16,729 nucleotides of DNA from Chlamydiia bacterium. GTDB lineage: Bacteria; Chlamydiota; Chlamydiia; Chlamydiales; Parachlamydiaceae. A program made the position numbers and the translations under genes. Below, piece after piece: positions 6,917-16,044 of this stretch. Each line of letters starts with the position of its first letter. Within the stretch, counting starts at the first letter, position 1. The DNA lies in contig JBBSJT010000050.1 in the NCBI GenBank assembly GCA_038257035.1, forward strand, positions 1 to 16,729. The letters run 5' to 3'. The notes beneath the pieces were generated by a model. That model was not told the origin of the DNA, did not search any database, and worked only from the letters and a program-made list of their open reading frames with translations.

Positions 6917-8128
6917 TTACTTGGTTGTTAGTTTTTCGATTAAGCTATCTGCAAACCATTGATGTTTCTTGTTGATTTCCCCATGTGGGCAAAATAATTC
7001 TAGCTCTTTGCAGTGATAAAGGAAAAACAAATGAGATTTAAAGGGGCTTTTAAACCGGTAGATTTCACATAATTCCTGTAACAAGTTTTTGGTTTTAGAA
7101 AGACAATCCTCATAAGAAGAATCGGTCATATATAAAATAAAATCTTTAAAATACTTATGTAAAACAACAGAGCATCCCTCTTCTGAGGTGTTAAGTGTTG
7201 ATAATCCGGAATTAAAGGGAAGATGAAAAAATTCTTCGAAAACATGTATTAAAGGTTCCAATTTTTTAAGTTCGTCTTCTGTTAAAGAAGATAAAAGTTC
7301 TACTTTACATTCTAAAAGAGTATAATCTGCTCCCATTAAAATAATTTCTTTAAAATTCATTAAATTCAAGGCAATGCCTTGTAGAGTTCCTTCGCTTAAA
7401 AGTTCAAAAAAAGAAATAAAAGAATGATATATTTTAATCTCATCAGATTTTTGGGCAAGAATGTTGCATTTAAGAACATCTGAAATGGAAAATTCTGAAA
7501 GGTAAATTTTAAATTCCTTGCCTGCTTCAATACAAGCCTTTTCACATAAATCTAAAACGTTGAATTCATGATTTTTTGATTCTGTAAGACATGATTCAAG
7601 AGTTGTTTGAAAAAATTTACGGTTATATTTCATGAAAGCATTAAAACTGCTGTCTTGGAATATCCCATACTTATCTTGGATCGCATGATGTGCAGCGACA
7701 TTAATTTTATGGAACATCAATTTTTTAGGGCCGGTAAACTCAATAGCAAACCATTTTGTTCCTATGGTGTCATAGATACAATTTTTAGCAACAGATAGAA
7801 CTTTAGGAAATATTTCATTTAAATGAAAACATTGGTTAGAAAAAGAATGATTTAAAAGATAAAATTGCTGACAGACTTTTGGTAGAATTGACAACCTTGT
7901 TTTTGGGTCTATTGATTCAAAAATATGCAAATTGATTTCATCAGGAAGTACAAGTTGATTTGATTTTGTATTGAAAATAATTTTCTCAAGGTCTTCAATT
8001 TTTTTATTGGGGTGAGGAAATTCTGGCAAGTTTTTTGTAGGAAATTCTTCAGCTATGCTACTTGAAGATGCGTATCCCGTTAAATAGGAATAGATTTTAT
8101 AAGTGTCTATGTTACGATCATTATTCAT
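6917..8128 (-). CDS. F-box-like domain protein, putative effector
   Basis: LPDEINLHIFESIDPKTRLSILPKVCQQFYLL (from aa 61) fits the F-box pattern LP.E....IF..L....L....VC..(W/F). The remainder is unrecognised and probably helical. Confidence 0.75.
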   Translation of the reverse strand: MNNDRNIDTYKIYSYLTGYASSSSIAEEFPTKNLPEFPHPNKKIEDLEKIIFNTKSNQLVLPDEINLHIFESIDPKTRLSILPKVCQQFYLLNHSFSNQCFHLNEIFPKVLSVAKNCIYDTIGTKWFAIEFTGPKKLMFHKINVAAHHAIQDKYGIFQDSSFNAFMKYNRKFFQTTLESCLTESKNHEFNVLDLCEKACIEAGKEFKIYLSEFSISDVLKCNILAQKSDEIKIYHSFISFFELLSEGTLQGIALNLMNFKEIILMGADYTLLECKVELLSSLTEDELKKLEPLIHVFEEFFHLPFNSGLSTLNTSEEGCSVVLHKYFKDFILYMTDSSYEDCLSKTKNLLQELCEIYRFKSPFKSHLFFLYHCKELELFCPHGEINKKHQWFADSLIEKLTTK

Positions 8129-8147
8129 TTTAAATCCCTAGTTGTTG

Positions 8148-10832
8148 CTATGATAACAAAAATCTAAAGTCATCTTCACTTAAAGCAAGGTCGGCAAGAG
8201 CATCCTCAAAAAGAAGAGAGCCCATTTTTTCTTTATTTTGCTTTATTGTCATCATTTTTTCTTCAATTGTTTCGGCCATAATGTACCGCTTTGCTAATAC
8301 GGTATCTTTTCTTCCAATGCGATGCGCACGGTTGATTGCTTGATTTTCTATTGAATCATTCCACCAAGGATCAAACAAAAAAACATAATCAGCGGCTGTT
8401 AAATTTAGACCAACACCACCGGCTTTTAAGCTGATTAAAAATAAAGGGATACTTGGGTCTTCTTGAAATTGAGTGACCACTTTTTCACGATCTGTTGTGC
8501 TGCCATCGAGGTAGACGTAAGAAAAACTTTTTTCTTTTACAGCTTTTGCAATCAATTTTAACATCCCTGTAAATTGACTGTAGACAAGAATTTTTCTGCC
8601 CTCGGATACGGCAGTTTCAATATCTTCCATCAGGGCCTCAAGCTTTGCGCTTGAAATTTTAACTTCCGTTTCAACTTGTGAAGCTACCAAAATAGGATCG
8701 CAGCAAATTTGACGCAATCTTAAAATAGCCTCTAAAATCTCCATGCGATGTTTGGATATGCCGTCGATGTCGATTTTTTTAATAAGGGAGCCTTTAATGC
8801 CTTTTAAATAATCATCATAAATTTTTCTTTGATCAGATTCCATTTCAACAAAAACTGTTTGTTCGATTTTTTCAGGTAAATCCTTTGCCACATCTTCTTT
8901 TTTTCGTCGTAAAACAAAAGCCCTAATTTTGGATTTGATCTTTTGCAAATATCTGCTATCGGAGCTTGCAGCTTGTAGATCCGCTAAAAAATCTGTTTCT
9001 TTCCCAAGAAGATTGGGCATTAAAAAGCGGAAATGAGACCAAAGCTCTTTTAGATGGTTTTCTATGGGCGTACCTGTCATTGAAAGGCGGAAATTACTTT
9101 TTAGGGCAAAAACAGCCTTTGCAATTTGTGTGTGCGCATTTTTTATGGTTTGCGCCTCATCTAAAATCAGACATTCAAAGTTTAATTGTCTAAAAATACC
9201 TAAGTCCATGCGAAGAGTCGCGTAGGTTGTCAAAATAATATTTGCGTTTGGATTTAAAATTTGTCCTCTTTTAATTCCATGATGGATTAAGACATTAAAG
9301 TGTGGCGTAAAGCGTTTGATTTCCAAATGCCAATTAAAAACTAGGGAAGATGGCAGTATAATCAAAATTGGACGTTCCGTTTTTATTAACGAAAGAAAAG
9401 CTAAAACTTGTACGGTTTTTCCAAGTCCCATATCGTCTGCAAGCATTCCTGAAAATTTAAAATCATACAAGAATTTAAGAAAATTAACACCCTCTTCCTG
9501 ATAAGGCCTTAAAATACCCTTAAAAAGCGGAAATTGCTTAATTGGGCTTTTAAGTTGTTGCATCATTTCTTTTAGTGGCAAATCAAGTTTTACAAATTTT
9601 TCTTCCAACAATTCTTCGATTGATCCAAATTGGTGCCGTTTAATTGTGACTTTGTCGGTGACAACCTCTGCAATTTCCAATAAATTTTCAAAATCTTTAT
9701 TTTCAAAGGTGTCAGGAAATAAGCCTACATGATGTTCAGAAATTTCGATGAAGCGATCTTTTCTGTTAAAAGCACCCACAACATTTCTTAAGTCGACTTT
9801 AAATGTGTCGTAATTTAAATTTCCTTTTACTTCAATGTCTGCAGTCTCACTTGTAAATTCAAGTTCAAATGTATCGTACTTCAAAACCTGTCGTCCTTTA
9901 AAATCCATTATTTTCCAGCCAATTTCCAAGATGAAATTCAAGCTTTTGGCAACGTTATCAAGCGGGCAATAGTAGTGTGAATTAACCATTGGTTTTACTA
10001 TGAAATCGGTTTCAAGTAAATCTTGTTCCAACGCTTTCTCATCATCACTGTTTCTTCTTGCAAAATCATGGTACAAATATTTTTTGTCCCCATCTTGAAT
10101 GTAAAGATCTGCAAAAGCCCCGGTTCTATCTTTTAAAACCAAAATGGGCATCAAAGTTTTTTGTTGTTCTATTGCAAAATGGGATTGCTTTGAAAAATGG
10201 ACTTTTGGCTCATTGTTATCCTCATTGTATGCATCCTTTAAAGCATCAATTTCTTTTGATGTAAAGTCTCTGCGATTTCTGATTGCGTCAAGTTCCTTCC
10301 ATGTCACATCAGTCCCAATTATTTTTAAAATAATACCTTTAATAAACCAATGAGGAGGACCCTCTGATAGAAAATCGCAATCTTGAATAAGAATTTCGTT
10401 TTCACCCCATTTTAATTTTCCCAAAAGTTTAAGTTGATTGGGTTGTTCTGATTCAACGTAGTAAGCAAAATCAGCTTTACTATAAAAATCGCAGGCCAGT
10501 TGTTTTTGATTAAAATAGAGTTTACCGGTAGCTGCCATCAATTTTAAGGCTTGTACAGATTCCTTTGCTGATATATTAAGGATTTGAAGAGAAACATCTT
10601 CTTCTTTTATTAGTTGATTGGATTGTTTTTTTTGATACTTAATTTCTTCTTTAATTAAAAAATTAAGTGCTAGTTTGTCAAGAGCAGTCAATCCTTTTTC
10701 AATGCTTTTAAGAGAAAAAGTTCGAGTTTTATCATCAATTTTGAGATAATAACCCTCTCGGTCGGCAAGGGCAATCCTAATGACAAGCTTTTTTTTGGAG
10801 TCTTTATCGATAATATAGGTAATTTCTTTCAT
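8148..10832 (-). CDS. SNF2-family (SWI/SNF) helicase-like ATPase
   Basis: LRPYQ, LADDMGLGKT, ILDEAQ, MTGTPIEN, LRRKK, SLKAGGVGLNLTAAD, DPWWN and QAINRAHRIG motifs. Confidence 0.96.
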   Translation of the reverse strand: MKEITYIIDKDSKKKLVIRIALADREGYYLKIDDKTRTFSLKSIEKGLTALDKLALNFLIKEEIKYQKKQSNQLIKEEDVSLQILNISAKESVQALKLMAATGKLYFNQKQLACDFYSKADFAYYVESEQPNQLKLLGKLKWGENEILIQDCDFLSEGPPHWFIKGIILKIIGTDVTWKELDAIRNRRDFTSKEIDALKDAYNEDNNEPKVHFSKQSHFAIEQQKTLMPILVLKDRTGAFADLYIQDGDKKYLYHDFARRNSDDEKALEQDLLETDFIVKPMVNSHYYCPLDNVAKSLNFILEIGWKIMDFKGRQVLKYDTFELEFTSETADIEVKGNLNYDTFKVDLRNVVGAFNRKDRFIEISEHHVGLFPDTFENKDFENLLEIAEVVTDKVTIKRHQFGSIEELLEEKFVKLDLPLKEMMQQLKSPIKQFPLFKGILRPYQEEGVNFLKFLYDFKFSGMLADDMGLGKTVQVLAFLSLIKTERPILIILPSSLVFNWHLEIKRFTPHFNVLIHHGIKRGQILNPNANIILTTYATLRMDLGIFRQLNFECLILDEAQTIKNAHTQIAKAVFALKSNFRLSMTGTPIENHLKELWSHFRFLMPNLLGKETDFLADLQAASSDSRYLQKIKSKIRAFVLRRKKEDVAKDLPEKIEQTVFVEMESDQRKIYDDYLKGIKGSLIKKIDIDGISKHRMEILEAILRLRQICCDPILVASQVETEVKISSAKLEALMEDIETAVSEGRKILVYSQFTGMLKLIAKAVKEKSFSYVYLDGSTTDREKVVTQFQEDPSIPLFLISLKAGGVGLNLTAADYVFLFDPWWNDSIENQAINRAHRIGRKDTVLAKRYIMAETIEEKMMTIKQNKEKMGSLLFEDALADLALSEDDFRFLLS

Positions 10833-10859
10833 GCGGATAATAATACATGAGTTTACATT

Positions 10860-11696
10860 ATGAATAAATTAAAACTATGGGACCAGCACCAAACCTTTGA
10901 TGAAGCAGAAAAAGATTGGGAATCTAAAAGTATCCAAGCTGCCTCATGTCATCCCATAAAAAAATTGGGAACACTTCCTAATATGGTGGGAATGACACCG
11001 GAGACTGCAAAAAATTTGAAATGGAAAAGTTTAAAATGGATTGTGAAGGAAGATCGCGATCGAAAAATCTTAAAAAGTATTTTAAAGCATCCCATACGAT
11101 ACTTAAAAGGGTATCTTAAATCTTTTTTTAAGCCAAAACCTTTTAAAAGAGTAGGGGATTTCTTTCTATACGGTGTAGATTCCTTGGATTCTTTTAAAAA
11201 GCTTTTAAAAAAACCAGATAATCTATTTGTTTTAGGCTTCTCTTATTGTCATAAGCCCTTTGAGTGCCCATCCGGGCGATTTACTGACCGTTGCGTACAT
11301 GACTTAAATAACCCTGTCTGCCAACAATGCTTTATTGGAAAAGCCGTTCATGCATTACCTGCAAAACGATCGATCCCCTTATTTATTCCAACGATTCATT
11401 ATATCGGTGGCAAAATTTTTGATATCATTGAAGAAAACCCTGGTAAACAAGTTCTTTTTGTGATTACAGCGTGCGAAATGACGCTCGAAATGTTTGGTGA
11501 TCTTGGAAATATGGTTGATATTAAAGGCGTGGGTGTCAGATTAGATGGCCGTATATGTAATACGATGAAAGCTTTCGAGCTCTCCGAAAAGGGGATAAAA
11601 CCAGGACTTACCGTTGTGCTGGACGACACGCAAAAAGAGATGATGGAAATTATACGTTTACGAAGAGACGTTATAACAAACAAGGAAAATCTATGA
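10860..11696 (+). CDS. Cys-rich hypothetical protein, possibly DUF116-like and metal-binding
   Basis: FSYCHKPFECP...C...CQQC.IG...TACE...RIC cysteine pattern. Stop overlaps the next start (ATGA). The start codon is uncertain. Confidence 0.65.
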   Translation: MNKLKLWDQHQTFDEAEKDWESKSIQAASCHPIKKLGTLPNMVGMTPETAKNLKWKSLKWIVKEDRDRKILKSILKHPIRYLKGYLKSFFKPKPFKRVGDFFLYGVDSLDSFKKLLKKPDNLFVLGFSYCHKPFECPSGRFTDRCVHDLNNPVCQQCFIGKAVHALPAKRSIPLFIPTIHYIGGKIFDIIEENPGKQVLFVITACEMTLEMFGDLGNMVDIKGVGVRLDGRICNTMKAFELSEKGIKPGLTVVLDDTQKEMMEIIRLRRDVITNKENL

Positions 11697-12316
11697 AAAA
11701 AACATGTGATATTTACTTGGTTAGACACGGAGAAACGGACTGGAATAAAGAAAAAAGAATGCAGGGAAGCATTGACATCCCTTTAAATGATGAAGGAAGA
11801 GCCCAAGCTAGAGCCTTACAAAAAAGATTGGAAAATGTCAGCTTTGATGCGGTTTACTCCTCCGATTTGTGCCGAGCAAAAGAGACTGCAGAAATCTTTG
11901 CCCATGGTACAGATCTAAATGTCACAACATCAGCACACCTAAGAGAGCGTTCATGGGGTGATCATGAAGGACAAATATTAACAGAAGTTAAAGCTAAATA
12001 TGGGGCTTCTTTCAAGCCACTTATTGAAGAATTTGACCATCATCAATACGATCAAATACATCCAGACTTCCTACAGGTGGAAAGTTATTCAAGCGCTGTC
12101 AGTAGAGTGCTTCCATTTTTAACAGGCATTAAAGAAGAGGGAAAATCCCTTTTAGTTGTCTCCCATGGTGGTGTTTTAAAAGGGCTGCTACTTTATTTAA
12201 AGCATGAAGAATTTAAATACCCTTACGTCGATAATACAGCCTATCTTCATTTGGAGTTAAGTGAAACCGGCGTTAGATTGAAAGGCTATGAGGGGGTTTC
12301 TTCCAAACCCGCCTGA
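11693..12316 (+). CDS. Histidine phosphatase / phosphoglycerate mutase family protein
   Basis: LVRHGETDWN, QG..D.PL...G..QA, SSDL.RA.ETA, LRE..WG..EG and VVSHGG motifs. Confidence 0.95.
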   Translation: MKKTCDIYLVRHGETDWNKEKRMQGSIDIPLNDEGRAQARALQKRLENVSFDAVYSSDLCRAKETAEIFAHGTDLNVTTSAHLRERSWGDHEGQILTEVKAKYGASFKPLIEEFDHHQYDQIHPDFLQVESYSSAVSRVLPFLTGIKEEGKSLLVVSHGGVLKGLLLYLKHEEFKYPYVDNTAYLHLELSETGVRLKGYEGVSSKPA

Positions 12317-12393
12317 TCGCTTGGGTCTGAATGCTTTTTTCTAACACCGAGATCACAGAGGAGCAAGGGAAGGAGAAGCGAGTTCTTCTTGCT

Positions 12394-12581
12394 AGCTGCG
12401 AATGCAGCGAAAGCATGTAGCCACGGGTTTAAACCCGTGGTATAAAATACAAGATGAAATAGAGCTGCTTAAGCTGCGACAGAAACAAATATCTGTCGCC
12501 ACCTTCGTGGCTCATTTGTTAAAAATGAATTAATCCGCGGGTTTACACTCGCGACTACATGCTTTCGCCGCATTCGCGGCT
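12394..12581. repeat. REP-like multi-palindrome element
   Basis: 47-bp inverted arms 12394-12440 and 12535-12581 (40/47 match). Each arm carries its own sub-hairpin, e.g. CCACGGGTTTAAACCCGTGG. A central inverted pair spans 12462-12513. Confidence 0.85.
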
Positions 12582-12713
12582 TAGTAAAGACTGAACGACT
12601 TATTACCCTTTGCTCTTCTCTTTTTTTACTCTTGTGCTTCTTGGAAAAAATAATATTTCCGTCTCTACTTTGACCTTCGTGGTGAAAGTCCCAATTTGAG
12701 GGATTTTGTACTG

Positions 12714-12743
12714 TTGATTAATAATGTTAATATGTTTTATACT
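12714..12743 (+). promoter_or_regulatory. Putative sigma-70/sigma-66 promoter of the ankyrin gene
   Basis: TTGATT, 18 nt, TATACT, 43 nt before the ATG. Confidence 0.45.
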
Positions 12744-12786
12744 AAATTTAGATCGTAATTATAATATTTTATTAGGGTGGTAAATT

Positions 12787-14421
12787 ATGGAGCCAAATAA
12801 AGGTATAGAAACAGGTAAGTTTTATGATGTTGTTGAAAATAACATCATAAAAACGAATACCCCAACGGATGAGCTTTCCACATTAAATAAAATTGAAAAA
12901 ATGGTCGATAAAGATCGCTTTTACTACAGTGAACCAAAAGTTGCCGAAAAGATATTAAATGTCATCAAAGAAATTAGACAAGAATATCAATCAAAAGCTT
13001 CTTGGTTTTATTCTTATATTTTCGATAATAAAAAGATGAAAGATATTGACGGAGTCTTTTGTAAAATTGAAAATAAAATTCTTGTACCTCCTCAAAAAGC
13101 ATTTCCTATTATTGTTCACGAAAATTCTTTAGAAATTTTAGATTTATTACCTATTAATAGTCTTCATGCTTTTTCTAGCGTTAACAGAGAAGGGAAAAAA
13201 AATGCAGACATTGCAATTATTACACGAGCAAAAGAAGCAGGTTTTAACAGCTCAAATAATGTGGAGGAAGCTCGTAAGTACCTAAATGATCTTTTTAATG
13301 ACATTGATCTTTTTTCCAAAAGCGAACTTGGAAAAAAATATATTGATCTTAAAAATGATGGAAAAATTGATTACGAAAATACATTGAATCATCTAAAAAA
13401 TATAACCACTGAAGATCTTTTTGAATTAGTTTCCATTTATGGATCCTTTGAAAATTTAAAAAATTGCATTCAGTTTCAAGAAAAAAATCGTCCTTTACCT
13501 GAAATTAAACCCCTGCTTAATCAAGAATTGACACTTAAAGGTATTGAAGCAGTTCACAGAGCTTCTTTTGATAAGTTTTTTCATTTAGCTGTCGATCTTA
13601 TTATCAAAAGAGGAGTACCTATTAATAGTGTTCTGAGGTATACAAGCCAAACTTTACTAGAACGGGCTGTGCAGGATAATAATAAAGAAATAGTTTTAAC
13701 TTTACTGAAAAACAACGCAGATACAGCAAACGGATTTTGTTATGTTCAATCTCTGGAATTAGCAAAAATTCTTTTGTCTTCCGGGGCTAAATTAGATGTT
13801 CTTAAACCTCTTGAAGACTCCTCTCCTTTATTTATAGCGATATGTAGAGATAAGATAGAAATCGTAAATTTCTTTTTCAATAATGGAGTAAATATCAATC
13901 CTAGTGAGCGTAAAAAGCTACTTGATTATATCGCTTCATTTGATATGGCCAAATTATTGTTAACTAATGGATTGAAAATAGAAAGGGAAGATCTAATTTC
14001 ATCGATCCATTCCGCAGAAATTGCAAAACTTTTTTTCGACAATGGGGCTGAAATTAACGCTACTAATATTAATGGTACGACACCTTTACATAAGGCTGTT
14101 GAGAATAAAAATTTAGAAGTTATTAAATTCCTCATAAAAAATGGAGCTGAAATCAACGCTGTTAGTAGCGAGGGAAACACGCCTTTTCATTACTTAACTA
14201 ATTCAGATTATAAAATTTATGAGGAACCCTCTGAAGAAATAAAAAAAATAGTTGATTTACTTTTTGAAAGTGGTGCTAAGGTGCTTGATAATAATAAAAG
14301 AGAGAATATTTTAAATTATTATGACATTAGATCAACTTCAAATTTTGCAAAGCCCTCGAAGCTAAATGCTTATATTATTAAAAAATATGAAGAATTGAAT
14401 GGAGAGGAAAGCTCCCTATAG
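12787..14421 (+). CDS. Ankyrin-repeat protein with a degenerate F-box-like segment, putative effector
   Basis: Clear ANK repeats (GTTPLHKAVENKNLEVIKFLIKNGAEINA, GNTPFH, SSPLFIAI, QTLLERAV). F-box-like segment at aa ~106-142. Confidence 0.9.
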   Translation: MEPNKGIETGKFYDVVENNIIKTNTPTDELSTLNKIEKMVDKDRFYYSEPKVAEKILNVIKEIRQEYQSKASWFYSYIFDNKKMKDIDGVFCKIENKILVPPQKAFPIIVHENSLEILDLLPINSLHAFSSVNREGKKNADIAIITRAKEAGFNSSNNVEEARKYLNDLFNDIDLFSKSELGKKYIDLKNDGKIDYENTLNHLKNITTEDLFELVSIYGSFENLKNCIQFQEKNRPLPEIKPLLNQELTLKGIEAVHRASFDKFFHLAVDLIIKRGVPINSVLRYTSQTLLERAVQDNNKEIVLTLLKNNADTANGFCYVQSLELAKILLSSGAKLDVLKPLEDSSPLFIAICRDKIEIVNFFFNNGVNINPSERKKLLDYIASFDMAKLLLTNGLKIEREDLISSIHSAEIAKLFFDNGAEINATNINGTTPLHKAVENKNLEVIKFLIKNGAEINAVSSEGNTPFHYLTNSDYKIYEEPSEEIKKIVDLLFESGAKVLDNNKRENILNYYDIRSTSNFAKPSKLNAYIIKKYEELNGEESSL

Positions 14422-14558
14422 AGGCTTTGGCTTCTGCAAGTTTTCAACTTGAACACTCCATGCTATTGTCTCAATCAAGCTTCTAATTCTTGCAAAAAAA
14501 TTCACTTACCTTTTCTTTTGCTATACTCTATAGGAGTTTAGATACGTTCCGCTTTTTT

Positions 14559-15497
14559 TTAACGGTAGTTATGCAGGCGAAGGAATGGCTTATGGGTCTG
14601 GTGATGGTAGGGTCTTACACGCGGGGCTGACTGGCACTCTTTACTGCAACAACCAGCAAATTCTTTCAAGCAACCGGCACAGCAAATAAATAATTTATTG
14701 CAATCCATGTTGGCACAATTTTTATAGGATTCATAAAGAATGGTGCAATGATGGCATTGGCCAATGACTTTTGTTTCCTGATCAGCAATAGGTACAACTA
14801 GGCGATCATCAAAGACAAAAAGTTTGCCAAGCCAATGATCGGCGCCTTCTTTTTCGCCGTAATTGATGACACCACCATCTAGCTGATACACTTTTTCAAA
14901 GCCATATTCCATTAAAGCAGCAGAATAAAATTCACAGCGTATTCCACCTGTGCAATACATCATGACGGGGGTCTCTTTTGGATCAACTTTGTCTTTTAAT
15001 TCTTTTGCATATTCATCAAATTCGCGAAATGTTTCATAAGGGGGGAGTTCTGCGCCTTCAAAACGTCCAACTTTCCATTCATAGTCATTTCTCACATCGA
15101 TTAAAATTTTGGATTCATCTTTTAGCATTTCCTTCCATTTAGCAGGAGAGACGTGCGTCCCACGTTTTTTCATGTTTACCGGGCGATCATAGGCGACAAG
15201 TTGTTTTCTATATTTAACGACCTTTCTTGGAAAAGCTTGCTCATGGTGAGGCGTTAATTTGAAGGGCATGTCCTTAAATTCTTCCTTTGAATGCATCCAT
15301 TCCATGTACTTTTCTGCACTTATCTGAGATGCGCACATTTGGCCATTGATCCCTTCTTCAGAAATGTAAATTCTAGAAGTTATGTCTTTGTCCTTAAAGA
15401 ATTCTTTATGAGCTACTACTTCTTTTTGAGGATCGCTTAGCGGGGTAATATGGTAATAAGCTAAAACTTTATAGGGGCTATCTTCGGGTAATGTCAT
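14559..15497 (-). CDS. trhO: Rhodanese-domain tRNA uridine(34) hydroxylase (TrhO/YceA/UPF0176 family)
   Basis: RIYISEEGING, IDVRNDYEW.VG.F.GA, YCTGGIRCE, QLDGGVINY and GKLFVFDDR motifs, plus a Cys-rich C-terminus. Confidence 0.92.
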   Translation of the reverse strand: MTLPEDSPYKVLAYYHITPLSDPQKEVVAHKEFFKDKDITSRIYISEEGINGQMCASQISAEKYMEWMHSKEEFKDMPFKLTPHHEQAFPRKVVKYRKQLVAYDRPVNMKKRGTHVSPAKWKEMLKDESKILIDVRNDYEWKVGRFEGAELPPYETFREFDEYAKELKDKVDPKETPVMMYCTGGIRCEFYSAALMEYGFEKVYQLDGGVINYGEKEGADHWLGKLFVFDDRLVVPIADQETKVIGQCHHCTILYESYKNCANMDCNKLFICCAGCLKEFAGCCSKECQSAPRVRPYHHQTHKPFLRLHNYR

Positions 15498-15593
15498 AAA
15501 ACCATCTAAATGAAAAGTTAATAATAAATGATTCTAACTGAAGAAAAGTTTTTTTTCAAGAAAGGAATGAACACTCTATTTTCGGTTTTTAGA

Positions 15594-15622
15594 TGGAAAA
15601 TAAAATCTTTATGCGGTATACT
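15594..15622 (+). promoter_or_regulatory. Putative sigma-70/sigma-66 promoter of trxA
   Basis: TGGAAA, 17 nt, TATACT. RBS AGGAG at 15633-15637. Confidence 0.4.
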
Positions 15623-15645
15623 AAGATTAAATAGGAGATAGCGCT

Positions 15646-15966
15646 ATGAGTAAGAATATTAAATATTTAGATGACACAAACTTTCAAACTGAAACTGCAA
15701 CCGGTGTAACACTTGTTGATTTCTATGCTGATTGGTGTGGACCATGCCGTATGATTGCCCCAATCGTCGAAGAACTTTCTGATGAAATGGAAGGTGTTGC
15801 TAAAATTGCCAAAGTTGATATTGAAAAAGCTCAAGGAGTTACAGCATCGTTCGGCGTTACATCGATACCGACAATTCTTTTAATAAAAGATGGTAAAGAA
15901 GTTCAACGCGTAGTTGGATTAAAAGGAAAAGACGATCTCAAAGCAATGATCAATAAAGCTCTTTAA
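15646..15966 (+). CDS. trxA: Thioredoxin
   Basis: VDFYADWCGPC active site and SIPT cis-Pro motif, 106 aa. Confidence 0.97.
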   Translation: MSKNIKYLDDTNFQTETATGVTLVDFYADWCGPCRMIAPIVEELSDEMEGVAKIAKVDIEKAQGVTASFGVTSIPTILLIKDGKEVQRVVGLKGKDDLKAMINKAL

Positions 15967-15969
15967 TTT

Positions 15970-16044
15970 GATTGGGGCCGGCAGATACCGTACCCAATCT
16001 TTTGTTGTTAATTGGATACGGCAAATACCGTATCCAATTTTTTT
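15970..16044. terminator. Two tandem related hairpins, probable terminator(s) between convergent trxA and trmL
   Basis: ATTGGGGCCGGCAGATACCGTACCCAAT (15971-15998) and ATTGGATACGGCAAATACCGTATCCAAT (16011-16038), each followed by a T run on the + strand. Confidence 0.75.

Noticed and set aside
14632..14730. TGGCAC occurrences inside trhO (also at ~1203 in pheT)
   Set aside because: They are intragenic and lack GC at the required 10-nt spacing.
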